The notes beneath the pieces are model-generated. The model saw nothing but the letters and a program-made list of their open reading frames with translations, did no database searches and was not told the DNA's origin. A program made the position numbers and the translations under genes. From Basidiobolus ranarum (lineage: Eukaryota), in NCBI GenBank assembly GCA_040143965.1, contig JASJQH010006951.1, positions 1-33,346 of the forward strand: a stretch of 33,346 nt of DNA, written 5' to 3'. The first letter of the stretch is position 1. Each line of letters opens with the position of its first letter. Positions 9,908-21,730 of this stretch are shown here, one piece after another.

Positions 9908-12195
9908 CTACTGATCTTTAGGTAAACCACACATTTCACAACTAGAAAGATTAGAAGGGTTAACGAAGGTACAATGTCTACATGGCCAAGTGGACTGAGT
10001 AGCAGATGAGCTACTACCAGTACCAGGGTTAGTATGACCACCATGATCAGTTTCACGAAGAATAGCGAACAAAGTTTGCCAACCAGGAGAACTTTCCAGG
10101 GCCTTAGCATCCACTTCGGAATGAGTAGAAGCAGCTTTACATAGCAAAGATAAATCCATTTTTTCCAATACATTCATTTGTTGAATAAATGCTAGCATAT
10201 GGAAATTCGAAATTCCATGAATATTCTCCGTAGAGGTTAAATACTTTTGAAGTGTGGAAAGTTCCTGTACTTCTAATCCAGTCCGATTCTCTATGGGGAA
10301 GTGGGTGGAGGAGGTGAAGAGTGGATTCGGTTGGGATGGGAATCCATGAGTTACATTCACCAGTAGATACTCTACGGGGAAGCTAGGTTTTGCATTATGG
10401 CTCACTGTAACTCCGTATTCATTCTTATATTTGTAGAATACTTCAGGTACATAGCGTGAAGATGTGGCTTCTTTCACTCGCATAACTGACGGCTTAATGG
10501 ATGGTTCGATGATGTCTGCCTCAACCATAGCCATGCAGGTATTAGACACCTGGTATGAAGATACATCGATATCTCCCGTCTCATTACCTGATACAACACA
10601 GGTAACGAATTTACTAGCGAATTGTCCAGATGCACTCCATTTCGAAGGGTTAGGGTTTTTCGCTTGCATAGCAGCTGTGAAGGTAATCTCAAGAGAGGAA
10701 AGGAAGTAAGAGTCGATATGTCTTTTGCAAACCACTTTTCCTTGACCAGTACCATCATCCAAGAGATCAGTATAGATCATTCCCACCTGGATTTAAAAAA
10801 TTACAAGTTAATCCCAAATATTACTGTGAAGGTGGGTTAATCAGAATTTCACCAACTTTAATGAGTCCACATTCGGCAGCAAGCTCATCAATTGACTTCT
10901 CCTCATTCCAAGGAAGGGTCAAAGTTAACCCGTCAGATTCGTTAGTCTGAGGTGGCTCATAAATCGCCTCTACCACAGCCTTTATACCGAGTGGTACCTC
11001 GTTATAGGGTTCGTAACGACCATAAAGGTAACCAAATCTCTGGCTACCAGTGGAACGCCAATAATTGATGAAGTTATCTATCAAACTTGCCGATGAAAAT
11101 TCCACATGATCAACCATTCGAAATGACTAAGAGTAAGAATTAGACTGTTGTTCCGTGAGGGGTTCCAATATGAAATTGACGATTACCTGTCTTTGGAGTG
11201 TAATGGCACTAGGTTGACATTTTGTGCAAATACTCTCAGGCCATGGTGGATGTCCACCTTTACAATTCCTATCGACCTTATAATTAGGTTCTTCCAAAGG
11301 AGGCAAATATGAGGACTTCGCACCACTCTTCTTGTTTTGTACGTTTAGCTGACGAAGGTAAGCATGAAATGACATATGCTTGATTCGATTTTCTTCCAGA
11401 TAGTTCGCGTCAAATGGCTAACAAAACAGCAGTCAATAAGAAATCGAAAGTAAGAGTATATCTTTGACGATGATGAACGTACCTCCAGAGGCATGCAATA
11501 ATCGCACATTCCATTAGAGCCGTGTTTACAACTATGAATCGATAATTGAGAAATCAACAAAATAAGGGATGCTAGTAACAGTAAGAAATACTGACAAATT
11601 CGAATCTCTTCCTCTTTTGATAAGACCATCTTGTTTGTCAAGATAATCATCAACGGGGTCTTGTTTAACGTTATTAAAGAATGTAGTGGGCTCCTTATTC
11701 TCTCGAGTTTCTTCGGCGGCTTTGGCGAGAAGAGCATACAACATATCGCCATGCCTTGAAAAGAAAGTGACAATATAAGCAATTAGGAATTTCTATTCTC
11801 CATCTATTCATTTAAATCCATGGAATTCTCATACTTTAAACCAAGCTGGTCGATGGTGGCTCCATTGGTGGGGAATAAAGTTGCACCTTCTGGACTTCCA
11901 GATAGATTGATACTACTTGGGTCACACTTCAAAGTTTCAGCAAGCTATCATTGATGAAACTATCTGTAAGTAAGTGTTTAACAGCAAATATATCCACATT
12001 TTATCCAATCATTGGGTTGCGTTGTCAAAATAGATAAATCAAGAACCTTTTTAATGGCAATGGATATATCTTCAGAACCATCGATTTGAACTCTACTCGT
12101 CCCTTCGGGCGACCTTATACGAAGAAGCTATCATTTGAAATAATATCGTCAGTTAACCAAATAAAAGTTGAAATCTAGTAGAATATATGTACCAT
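9908..12195 (-). CDS. NPL4: Nuclear protein localization protein 4 (Cdc48/p97 cofactor), multi-exon, with C-terminal NZF finger
   Basis: ATG-only first coding exon (12193-12195), then [96 protein letters not shown] and [14 protein letters not shown]. All introns traced are GT-AG. Confidence 0.97.
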
Positions 12196-12527
12196 GGAAT
12201 TTGAAAAGTTTAAAAGGGAATTAAGGGTTAAGAAATATAGTGAGATTTGACAAGTATCAAGTGTGTAAATATAAATATGGAATTCTTGTTGTTTCCTATT
12301 TACGCAAACAACCTTTCTTTTTCTTAAAGTTCTGTGGAAATTTTGATAAACTTGCGCCCCAAGGTATATGATGACATCACCAGGAGGTTGCGTAAGATTC
12401 ATTAGTAATAAAGTATTTGGTTTAATTCTAGTGGTTTTATTTGTAAGTCTATATAAAATAATGTTATCACTAACAATACTAGTTTAATAATAGGGTTAGT
12501 GTAGTATGAAGTTTCCTATTTGTCATT

Positions 12528-13634
12528 TCAAAATAACATTGGTGGAGCCCATATATCTATAACTTGGCTCAAGGGACTGACGAGAAGAGGAGTCACCAAT
12601 ATCAAGAATGTATTGGATATTAGAGCACTAAGCTTTTCAGGAAGTATGTTTTTACCTAGAATTTTCTCTAATCCCACTTGAGTACTAGCTACCCCACCGT
12701 GAACCAAGATAAACATAATATTCTCTATGGTAGGTGGAGAATTAGAGTTCAACATAGCTAGCAACTCATGTACAATAGAGCTTCCAAACAACGCGCAAAA
12801 CCCGGAAAATAAATAAACATGATTCTTCTTTCTTGAGGTAGCTTTCGGACTGACTAAACTGTTGGTGATGGGCTCGAGAATACCGTTACGAAAATTCTCT
12901 TGAAATACTTTGTTCCACCTCACCTTCCAAAAACTCTTTGGTTGTTTGGAAATAGGGGAAGAATTAAATATCGCAGTATATTGTGCACCTGTCAAGAAAC
13001 ACCAAGGATATACCAAAACGAAATGGTAAATCGACACATAAAGGTATACAAGCAAGACATAGAGATATTGCTGAAGGGCAAACTCTGGCTCTTTTAGTGA
13101 CAACAGAGAACGTATGGTCAATTCAGTTTGAAGTGGTTGATAACGAAAATAAAGACGAATCAAATTTGCCGCTAAATACTGAATAATCACGATCATTAAA
13201 TACCATAAAAACGTTCTTTTATTGCGTGGTTTCTTGGTGGCTTTTCCATTAGGTCCGACAAGTGCAAACACCATACGATAATATTCTAGAACCCCTATTT
13301 TCTTCTTTACGGAAGGGGGTGCCAGTACTCCAAGTTTCATCACTCGAAAGGCAAAAAATATACTTCCTCCTTTCAGCATTAGGTTGGCTACAAGTCCTTT
13401 GGGTGAGAAAGTTATGCAAACCCAACCCTGTAAAATCAAGGCTAATAGGGTGATTGTGCGTAAAGTCGCTTTACTTTTTCGTTGGTAAAATGCCCAATAT
13501 TGAAATACCGTCGGTAGTAAAGGAAGTAGTAGCGCAGCACAAGATTGATAAACCGTTAATTTTGGTTTTGGTACAGCCTTGCTGATTAACAGCTCCGATA
13601 AATATCGAATCCCTATTGTCTTTAGTACATTCAT
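12528..13634 (-). CDS. Membrane-bound O-acyltransferase (MBOAT_2 / wax-synthase-like), intronless, 368 aa
   Basis: Multi-TM hydrophobic ORF with FNSSPIS..FWKVRWNKVFQ and SSIVHE (catalytic His) motifs. Confidence 0.85.
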   Translation of the reverse strand: MNVLKTIGIRYLSELLISKAVPKPKLTVYQSCAALLLPLLPTVFQYWAFYQRKSKATLRTITLLALILQGWVCITFSPKGLVANLMLKGGSIFFAFRVMKLGVLAPPSVKKKIGVLEYYRMVFALVGPNGKATKKPRNKRTFLWYLMIVIIQYLAANLIRLYFRYQPLQTELTIRSLLSLKEPEFALQQYLYVLLVYLYVSIYHFVLVYPWCFLTGAQYTAIFNSSPISKQPKSFWKVRWNKVFQENFRNGILEPITNSLVSPKATSRKKNHVYLFSGFCALFGSSIVHELLAMLNSNSPPTIENIMFILVHGGVASTQVGLEKILGKNILPEKLSALISNTFLILVTPLLVSPLSQVIDIWAPPMLF

Positions 13635-13910
13635 AGTTTAAACGGGAAGAGCTATATGTAATATGAAGAACAGCCTTTTATTTACATTGTTTTCATTATA
13701 ATATGCCTGTCCAATCGTAATATTGCTCGGTTTGTATGAAAACAACCTATTTGGGTCAGCAAATATACTCATATTGAGAGTTCAATAAGTAAAAAATGCA
13801 CCATATATAGACTAAAGTCAATTCAATTCAGCAAACAAAAGGTAATTTTTAATGGTTTTATTCAAGCGAAGGCAAGATGTCATGCTGTATAAAAGGTAGC
13901 AGGAGATTAT

Positions 13911-14461
13911 TTAAACACGGGATGGGTACATCATAATACGAACGCTAGCACCGAAGGAGTGAGCAGGCAAGTTGGAACGGAACTTGGCCTTGACGACACC
14001 AGAGTTACCGTGGGGACGGGTAACACGACCCCAGATAACACGGACCTTGGAGCCATTGATTTCGCGCTTGGCACGGTAGATATAAGCGACACGCTTACCA
14101 AGGTAGAATTGGGTATCTTCCTTGGTGGCAACGTTCTCAAGCTGGATGAGAGAAGTGTTGACTCTTTGGTTACGCTTAGCGCGCTTGTAGCCTAGGAAAC
14201 GGCCCTTGGTATAAAGACTGTAATTATAGTAAAAAATTCACAGGTTAGAATAGTTCAAACTAATCGAAGCAAGTAGAATTCATTGAGACAGGTGGCTAAC
14301 TCATAAAAACCTTGTATATCCGTAGATAAGATGGATGCATTATTCCACTTATTCGATACTCGGGTAGTTTATGAGCAGCTTTCGTTATGGTGCCTCCACT
14401 ATCTTTGTCAAGCCGTTACAAAGTAAAACTATAATAATACTAACCGAACAGGTTGGCTCAT
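13911..14461 (-). CDS. RPL33: 60S ribosomal protein eL33 (L35a); exons 14461-14445, 14217-13911
   Basis: [64 protein letters not shown]. Confidence 0.97.
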
Positions 14462-14695
14462 TGTGAGATCAACGTCTACGTGTGCAGAGAACAAAAGAAA
14501 GAGAGTCCCAAAAAGATCCAGTCTTCTTGACTATATGCTTTGACCCAGGCTAGCTACGTAAAAAAAACTTGATCTTTTCATTTTTTTCTTGTACAAAACA
14601 GTCCACCATCCCCGATAGATGATTGGTTGAATGGATTCAAATGAGATTACACTAGTAATGGACAAATGTTATAATACAATTCAGTTTATTCACAG

Positions 14696-15856
14696 TTAAA
14701 GTTTCTCATAAAGGCGTACAAAGTAACGCATATTGTTAAGGTCTAGAGGATAGCGCAAGTGACTGGGGTATCTATACCATCTTGCGTTATCGCTAATAAC
14801 TGGAGCGAAATGATTCTTCAAAGCATCAAATAGCATGTAAATCATATACGTACGCTCTCCAACTTGCAGGTTGGAAAATGAACCAGCAGAGTCTACAATC
14901 TATTTTCATAATTAGCCGTCAGATTCGGAAAGAAAATGTATTCATTCAACTTACCAGTAGATGTGACCCTTTTCGCATATTCTTGATCAATAGACTGATC
15001 ATATCCATAGCTCGCTTTTTAGTGACAAATAGCTCGTTCATAACGAACATGGCTGTAATAAGATCTGCCTTTTGAAATTGCTCTTCTAGTTGAGGTGTAG
15101 TTTCCAAAACGCTTCCCATTGAGAACTCGCATTTTAAGTGATTTTCTTGTAGATCCCATCTATTACGCATAGTTACTTCCAAGTCTTCTAGTACCTTACT
15201 CCAGTCTGCAATATCTTGGGTATGACACACGATCTCTTGCTTTTCTGATGGCGCATGTAACATAGCTGCAGATATACCGACTAGTTCACTTCCAGTACCG
15301 GCACCCATACAATAAAGATGGGATTTTCTACTCAATATTGCCTGTAGTTCCGGCTCTGTACTGAACAAGTTGTAGTAACAAAGAGCTCTAGCTGGGATAT
15401 ATTGTGCAGTATATACGGGGAGGTGTTCAGGAACACTAAAGACTCCGTCATAATCTCGGACATAAAAGAGTGACTTTATGTTTTGTAAAGTTTCTCTAAA
15501 ATCTGGAAGCTGAAAGCTATCGTTACATGCGATTTGTATCATATTAAGAATCTCTGGAAACAATGAAAGCTTTAGTAAGAGAAAAATGGAGGGATTATAA
15601 TACTAGTCACTCTAGTCAAATTACCTTGTTCCGGGTCTTTACCAAAGATTTTTTTCGCTCTTGAAACGTTGGTTTTCTTCTTTATCACCTTTTTCTTCTC
15701 ATTCTTATCTTTGGTAGTTGTGGAAGTCGATTTTTTCTTACTTTCAGATAAAGATAATTGTTTCACTTGGTCAGTTAACTCGGATGGTGTAGTTTGTTCG
15801 GTTACTGGTTTAACCTCCGAACTGGCCGTATCTGTTTCCTTTACTTTGGTTGACAT
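14696..15856 (-). CDS. BMT6: 25S rRNA (uridine-N3)-methyltransferase, Bmt6/DUF3115 family; exons 15856-15625, 15553-14955, 14899-14696
   Basis: YTAQYIPARALCY, SAM motif CMGAGTGSE, DIADWS, FVMNELF, LL|IVDSAGSFS and YRYP..LRYPLDLNNMRY match the Bmt6 family pattern; Lys-rich N-terminal extension. Confidence 0.82.
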
Positions 15857-16209
15857 TCTTTAAACTAAATGTCACTTATTCTCACCGAAGTATTGGTCAG
15901 AATATCGAAAAGGAAGTCGGGAAAATATCAATAACTTAATAGATAAACCATGATAAATATTGAATTTTTTTCCATCTTTATTTAGATTGAACATTCAAAT
16001 GATTTTGATTAGGTTAGTCTGGGATTAAATAACACAGAAAGCCTCAACTTGGACTACATGCTCAGATGCATGGATTATTATATACGTTTATTATTATTTG
16101 GATTTTGTAAAGAAAGGAAGGATTTTGGAGTCATAGAAGGCATTATAATGAGGAAAGACATCATGAATTTACAACGATATGGGGGGAGTGTGAAGGTAGA
16201 GCAGGGAGG

Positions 16210-19200
16210 TTAAAACTCAGAGATATCCTCCTCAGAAAGTTTCCTCACCAAAGGATCCTTCAAATCCTCGGTATTTGACGTGGTATGAGAATTCCATAAG
16301 AGTTGGAATACATATTGTTCATGTTTACGGAATGGTTCCATACCAAGAAATATGCCATGTTTATGTGAACTGGGGTTTAAGCAACGAAGATCATATCCAT
16401 TAATGATCTGTACTAACTCGCCAGATTCAGCGTCTCGTATTTCCATAAATGATGGATCAAATGCAATGATAAAATGTCCGTGGAGTGCTAAGTTCAATGT
16501 TAAATATATGCTTAATAGAAATCTCATGTAATTACTATTCGTTCACTTGTACTTACCAACACTGGTTGGTCGACCTTCCCACTCAATGGTCAGATTAGGT
16601 CGGGTACGGCGTCCAACGTTGTCCAAATGGAAAGCGAATTCTGGTGTTGGACGGAAATTAGTATATGCTCACAAGAAAATATTATTTTCTTCACTTACCA
16701 TTGTAACATAAGAGGAATTCTTGTTTGTTAAGAGAAAACATGGCTAAAGGTCTGCAATTTTCTCGTTTACTAATGAATCCGAATTGAGATTCATCCTCCA
16801 AGTCAGGGATACCTAAATTGAAAAGATTTATGGTTATTCTTCAGTATTATAGGGAGGGAGAGGGAGACTTACTTTTGTTTAAATGGAGTGCATCTAAGTT
16901 GACAATTTCAAATCCCCTTGGACACACTACGTATAATTTTTTCGTTAAAAATTGTACAGAATAGGATTCGGCCCCAATATAAAATTCTTTATATAATCTA
17001 AGGGCGAAGCCGTTGCGTTGACATAATAATTTTCCTTTGATTTTGGGATTTTCCCGAAGAGAGACTGGCTCCAGGACTTTGAAATAAGATTTCAATCCCT
17101 TTAATTTCAAGACTACAACTAGTAGTTTTCCTTGACATAAACCAGCATTGAAAAAGCTAACTTGTGAAGCAAGCTTTTGGCCATGACAGTTAACTGATGA
17201 TTTGGGTAAATCCAGTATATCAGTTGAATATGTCAGTAAAAGTTTGTCTAAATGTAATCCAAGTTTTAAACTAAAGGTATATATAAAGCAAGTGTAAAGA
17301 ATGAATCTTCAAACCTTGGAGAACAAGAACCATATCAATTTGCTCAAGAACTTCTACTTGACGAACTCTTTCAAGAGTAAGAACTTTACAAAAGCTTGCG
17401 GGATCTCCTTCAAATCCAGTATATAAACCATTGATTGTTCCTATGGCAATTTTTCTTTTACCATCACGAGTAGCTGTTGATAGAAAGATTTAAACAAAGT
17501 CTCATGGTAAAAAGCATAAAAAGCATCGCTACTTACTATAGGAACTTGTACATAAAGCTCTCGATTCCATGTCAAAGCGACGGTCTGAAATGCTAACAAG
17601 TTCAAAGATTCTAAGGCACTTGTACATACGCTTGGCCTGTTGTTCCCGAATTCTATCGAACCATTGTTTGCGCTCCGCAAGGGAACTGGCAATCAATGTA
17701 TAGGTTCCTCCCCACTTGCTTAGATTTGTGATACTAAAGGGATACGCAGTTTTGGCAGTATCCTCTCCGGTTGCTATAGCATCATCAGAATGCGTTTGAA
17801 GAGATAGGAATTCAAGTGGGATTGGCTACAATGTTATGGATTAGTAAAGGAATGTTTACATATGTAAGATGAGATTCGTACTCTGGCATAAACTCGATAC
17901 GTAATGTTGCTGGTAGTGAAAGATTTTTTGTCCTTCGCTAACAAAAGTATATGATCAAACAGAATCAACCTTAGACCATGGCCAATGGAGCGCTTCAGCA
18001 CGCCTTCGCGGATCAACTGACGATCGGCCTCGTTCAATTTTAAATCCTGTTGATTGTGTGAGTACAAACGAAAGAGCAGAGATTGGTTGAAAATTTGCTT
18101 GACCAACATACCACATAATCTTCAGATTTGAACTCAATTTTATCTCCTATTTCTTGTAATCTTAAGCGATTCTCAGCACGTCCTGTTTCTTCATTGAGTT
18201 TGTTCAGGAATTCCCTAATTGAACCAATGGCAGAAACCAACATTTGCCGATCAACATTGTCCTCTGGTGTGTACTTCAAGACCCTATCCAAAAGTAAGGG
18301 ATATCGAGCAATTCTTGAAGTGGGTCTAGACAGGAAACTCTCCAAAGGTAATTTACGCGCTTCAGGTTTCTTTTGACATTCCTAAGTAATGGAATTGGTT
18401 AGAACCTAGATACATGCAATGGAATCGATTCCTCATACCTCTAAGAAACTCTCCAAGCCAGATGAGTGGGCACGTTCATTCTTCAAGACACGCCCCGAAT
18501 TGACAGATCCTTTGCTGAATAGAATGTAAGGTTCAAATCTTTCGATGAATTGGACCACCACATCTCCAATGATTTCAACGATAGGCTTTACACTTTGATG
18601 CTCTTTAAAAGCGGCCAAAACTTCCTCATGAAGCTGCTGCAAATCTTGATAGTTCATGAACACATCCTGAACAAACCGATCAGTCTTGTCACTATTAAAG
18701 ACACGGGAGGAGCGCAGTGGTTCAATAAAGAGCTAGATATGGATAGAAATTAGTTTGTGAACAGACATTTCAAATAGTAAATCAATCGCTCTCCCCACCG
18801 AATCATATAATTTCAAGTCGCGAAGGTACTCCTCCTCGGTATAGATGATCTCAAATATGGCAATCTGTCTACTTCTTTCTTTGTCGCTAAGCGTACCAAT
18901 AATTTCGTCCGGTATGGAGGCTATCCACAAATTCTCATACTAAATACTATTTAATACGAATACTCTTCAAAAAGGTACGACTTGAGGCTTACCTCGTTAG
19001 TGGATTGTCGAATTAACTCTGTAGGCTTCCTTATGACGTTGGTTGACGTGTAAAGAGGGGTATCGGCCGCTTGAAGAGTGGTATCGACTCCCTGAAACCA
19101 AACATATTAAGCATCAACGGCTTTATCATCTTGTCTAAAATCATAGATCCATCCTTACTTCATTATCAACAGTCTGTAAGTCATCATTAGGCTTTGGAAG

Positions 19201-20372
19201 GTTCAGAGAATCCGCTTGTGTAGGGGATATCTCTATTCCTTGAACATCTATAAGATCTTGTTGACTTTCCACCGTTTGGGTGGAATCATAACTCTCGAAA
19301 GAATCCATTTCAGGTTTTTTGGGCTCCTCTTCGGCATTCGTATTGCCAAGTTTATAAAACTCTTGATCATTATCCATTAAAGTACGATTATTAGTACTAA
19401 CATGAGAAAACACTCCATGTTCTTGAAGTAATCGACCAATAAGTAATGCGGTTTCTCTTGGAACTCCATCAAGAACATCACATATTGAATCCTGGTTGGG
19501 GAAATCAATTAAAATCCGTTCATAATATTACAGTATAGATGATTATAAACTTCATTAACTTACCACTAGTTCATGACCACTAAAACAATCAAAGTATTCA
19601 TTTGTTTGATTGGGTCCGTATTTGTCAGCGAGATTTTTTAGCAAACCTTCTCGTACCGTAGGCAAAAGTGCTGGGTCATAAGGGTCTATATTGGTACGTG
19701 GGCTTTGATAATCTGTGAAAAATCAAAATTCAGTGATTGTTTGACGCTAGATATTTCTTGGCTTCAATTACCTCGTGGATCAGGAATTGTCATGAAAGGT
19801 TTTTGCTCTGCTTCAGGTGTGTGATATGGGTTCATTCCAGGAGAAATGTGCCGTAAAGAATTATCAGATAAATAGTCTGAAGGGTCGGGCATACGTAAAG
19901 GATGACTAGGATAAGGTAATGTTTCTTCACAAGGAGAACTTAATTGAGTAAACCTTTCTGGGAAATGATTATGGGGTACACCACCACCTGGCATGCCATT
20001 ATATAGGCCAGGATCGGAATGTGTGTAAGTAGTGGGAGGAAAATGTGGAATCCCATAGGGATTTAAACCAAAACCGTAACCACCATAATGAGGATTCAAG
20101 TAATCATAACCTTCTCGTATGTGTTCACTGGGAAAAGAAGGTTGATACGCTGTATGATTTACTCCATAATATTCATGTTGCGGTGCCATCATATGACCAT
20201 GAGTTGGATATGGAAAGCCATATTGCGGAGCAACTACGTTAGAGTCCGGATAGAAATGAGTGTTCTCTGAGGCATTTTCTTTCTCTTTCAACGACCAATA
20301 TTGAGTAGTAGTCGCTAACTCCTCGAGTAACTCACTGGAGTTAGGTGGTTTAGGTGGTGTGGTGTAGGGCAT
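16210..20372 (-). CDS. Rho1 guanine-nucleotide exchange factor of Rom2/Rgf1 type (DEP-DH-PH-CNH), multi-exon
   Basis: Pro/Tyr-rich N-terminus; DEP (YFDCFSGHELV..ALLIGRLLQEHGVFSHV); DH (RQIAIFEIIYTEEEYLRDL, LESFLSRPTSRIARYPLLL); PH (LILFDHILL, PIPLEFL); CNH (KEFYIGAES, RGFEIVNL, EFLLCY, IEWEGRP, FMEIRD). GT-AG introns throughout. Confidence 0.93.
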
Positions 20373-21310
20373 ATACTAAGTACAACTTTCAAAGTCAAAG
20401 AAAGTAATAAAAAAAGTCTAAAGGATATATACTGTAATCAGAACTGGTTCAAGAACCTGACAAGAAAATAAGATGCAAGGCTCGAAGTAACGAACAGTAA
20501 GGAGCGATTTGTCTCAAAGAGAGTAGTAATATAGATAATAATAACTAAAAACAAAACCAATGAATTTGATTAGATAGCCAGTTGCCATTATATACAGAAT
20601 ACAGAATAATTGTGAGTAGATTCGGCGGGTTTTAAATTTTCAATTGGAGTTTGAAATGTGTTACAAATTTCCAAATAATGATGTATTGTGACTTCTGGAT
20701 GGCAATTGATAGGATCTTCAGCCGCTTTCTGCAATTTACCGCAAATTGTCCAATATTCCATGGATTAGCTTCCAATCAGTATTAAAATTGGCCAGTATTT
20801 AATATTACTTTCTCGATTTATTTTTAGACATTGTTGGAGGCCAATGCAGCATAATCTCAGGTGGTTTCGTAAAGTGGCTTCCATGACAACTGAATGTTCG
20901 ATATTTAAATATTTGTTGGTCATGATTGATTCAAAATACATCGGAATTTCATATTCAGAAAATATCCATATCTCAAGGTATCACACAAACTCGATCGACT
21001 TGGCCAAGTACCTGATACAAGTGGCATGTTGGGTACTCTATACTTGCCAGGCTGTACCAAGGCTGCACCACAACTTCCAAAAGCACATATCAAATACTGG
21101 TGAATTCTGGAATCGTACGTAGATTTATGCATATTGCGCTCAACTCCAATCAACTTTGCTCATGTTGGTGCTCTAACACAATATATATATTTATATATAT
21201 ACACTTTGAATGTGACCCATTACACATGATATGATTTTAGAACCTGACCAATTCCCACTTTCAATATTTCTTAAAATGGTGATGAACATTCAGAAAACGA
21301 ATAGCCAATG

Positions 21311-21341
21311 GCTCATAGCCCATAGCCCATAACCCATAACC
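21311..21341. repeat. 7-bp microsatellite (CCCATA[A/G]), ~4 copies
   Basis: GCTCATAGCCCATAGCCCATAACCCATAACC. Confidence 0.85.
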
Positions 21342-21730
21342 AATAATCGACAATACCTAGTATCCGGACCCCTGTAGATTGTGTTGCAGGATAATGAAGA
21401 GTTGTTGAACACGGCTGAACTTCGATATCTTACTACTGAACCTAGTCTTTGGGTTTCATCTTTAGTTCCTGATGCGCCCAAGCCCCCTTAGACCTGATCA
21501 TATGCTAAGAATGCTTGGACTTTGGCGCTTTGAAACTCCAATTTAGTACTGATCAAATCACATCACATGTCAATATTCGTGTAGTAACTTTTATTCAAAC
21601 GCAGAAAATTAAAAGTACAAGTGGACTAGAGGCTGCATAAATAGTTTAAATAAGGGTCAGAATAGACATAAGGTGGAGAATGGAGGGGGAGGGAGGTTGC
21701 GGTAAAATGACTCTCTTGGATAATATTCAT

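Noticed and set aside
13931..14195. ORF-track ORFs 13931-14140 and 13959-14195
   Set aside because: Alternative-frame and antisense shadows of eL33 exon 2.
20778..20808. Imperfect palindrome AGTATTAAAATTGGCCAGTATTTAATATT
   Set aside because: AT-rich and short; expected by chance.
20844..21153. Overlapping 92-aa and 77-aa ORFs
   Set aside because: No domain motifs and no convincing splice structure.
21480..21520. CCCTTAGACCTGATCA resembling a TPP riboswitch core
   Set aside because: Lacks the upstream CUGAGA and downstream UAAU..GCG..GG elements, and no thiamine gene is adjacent.
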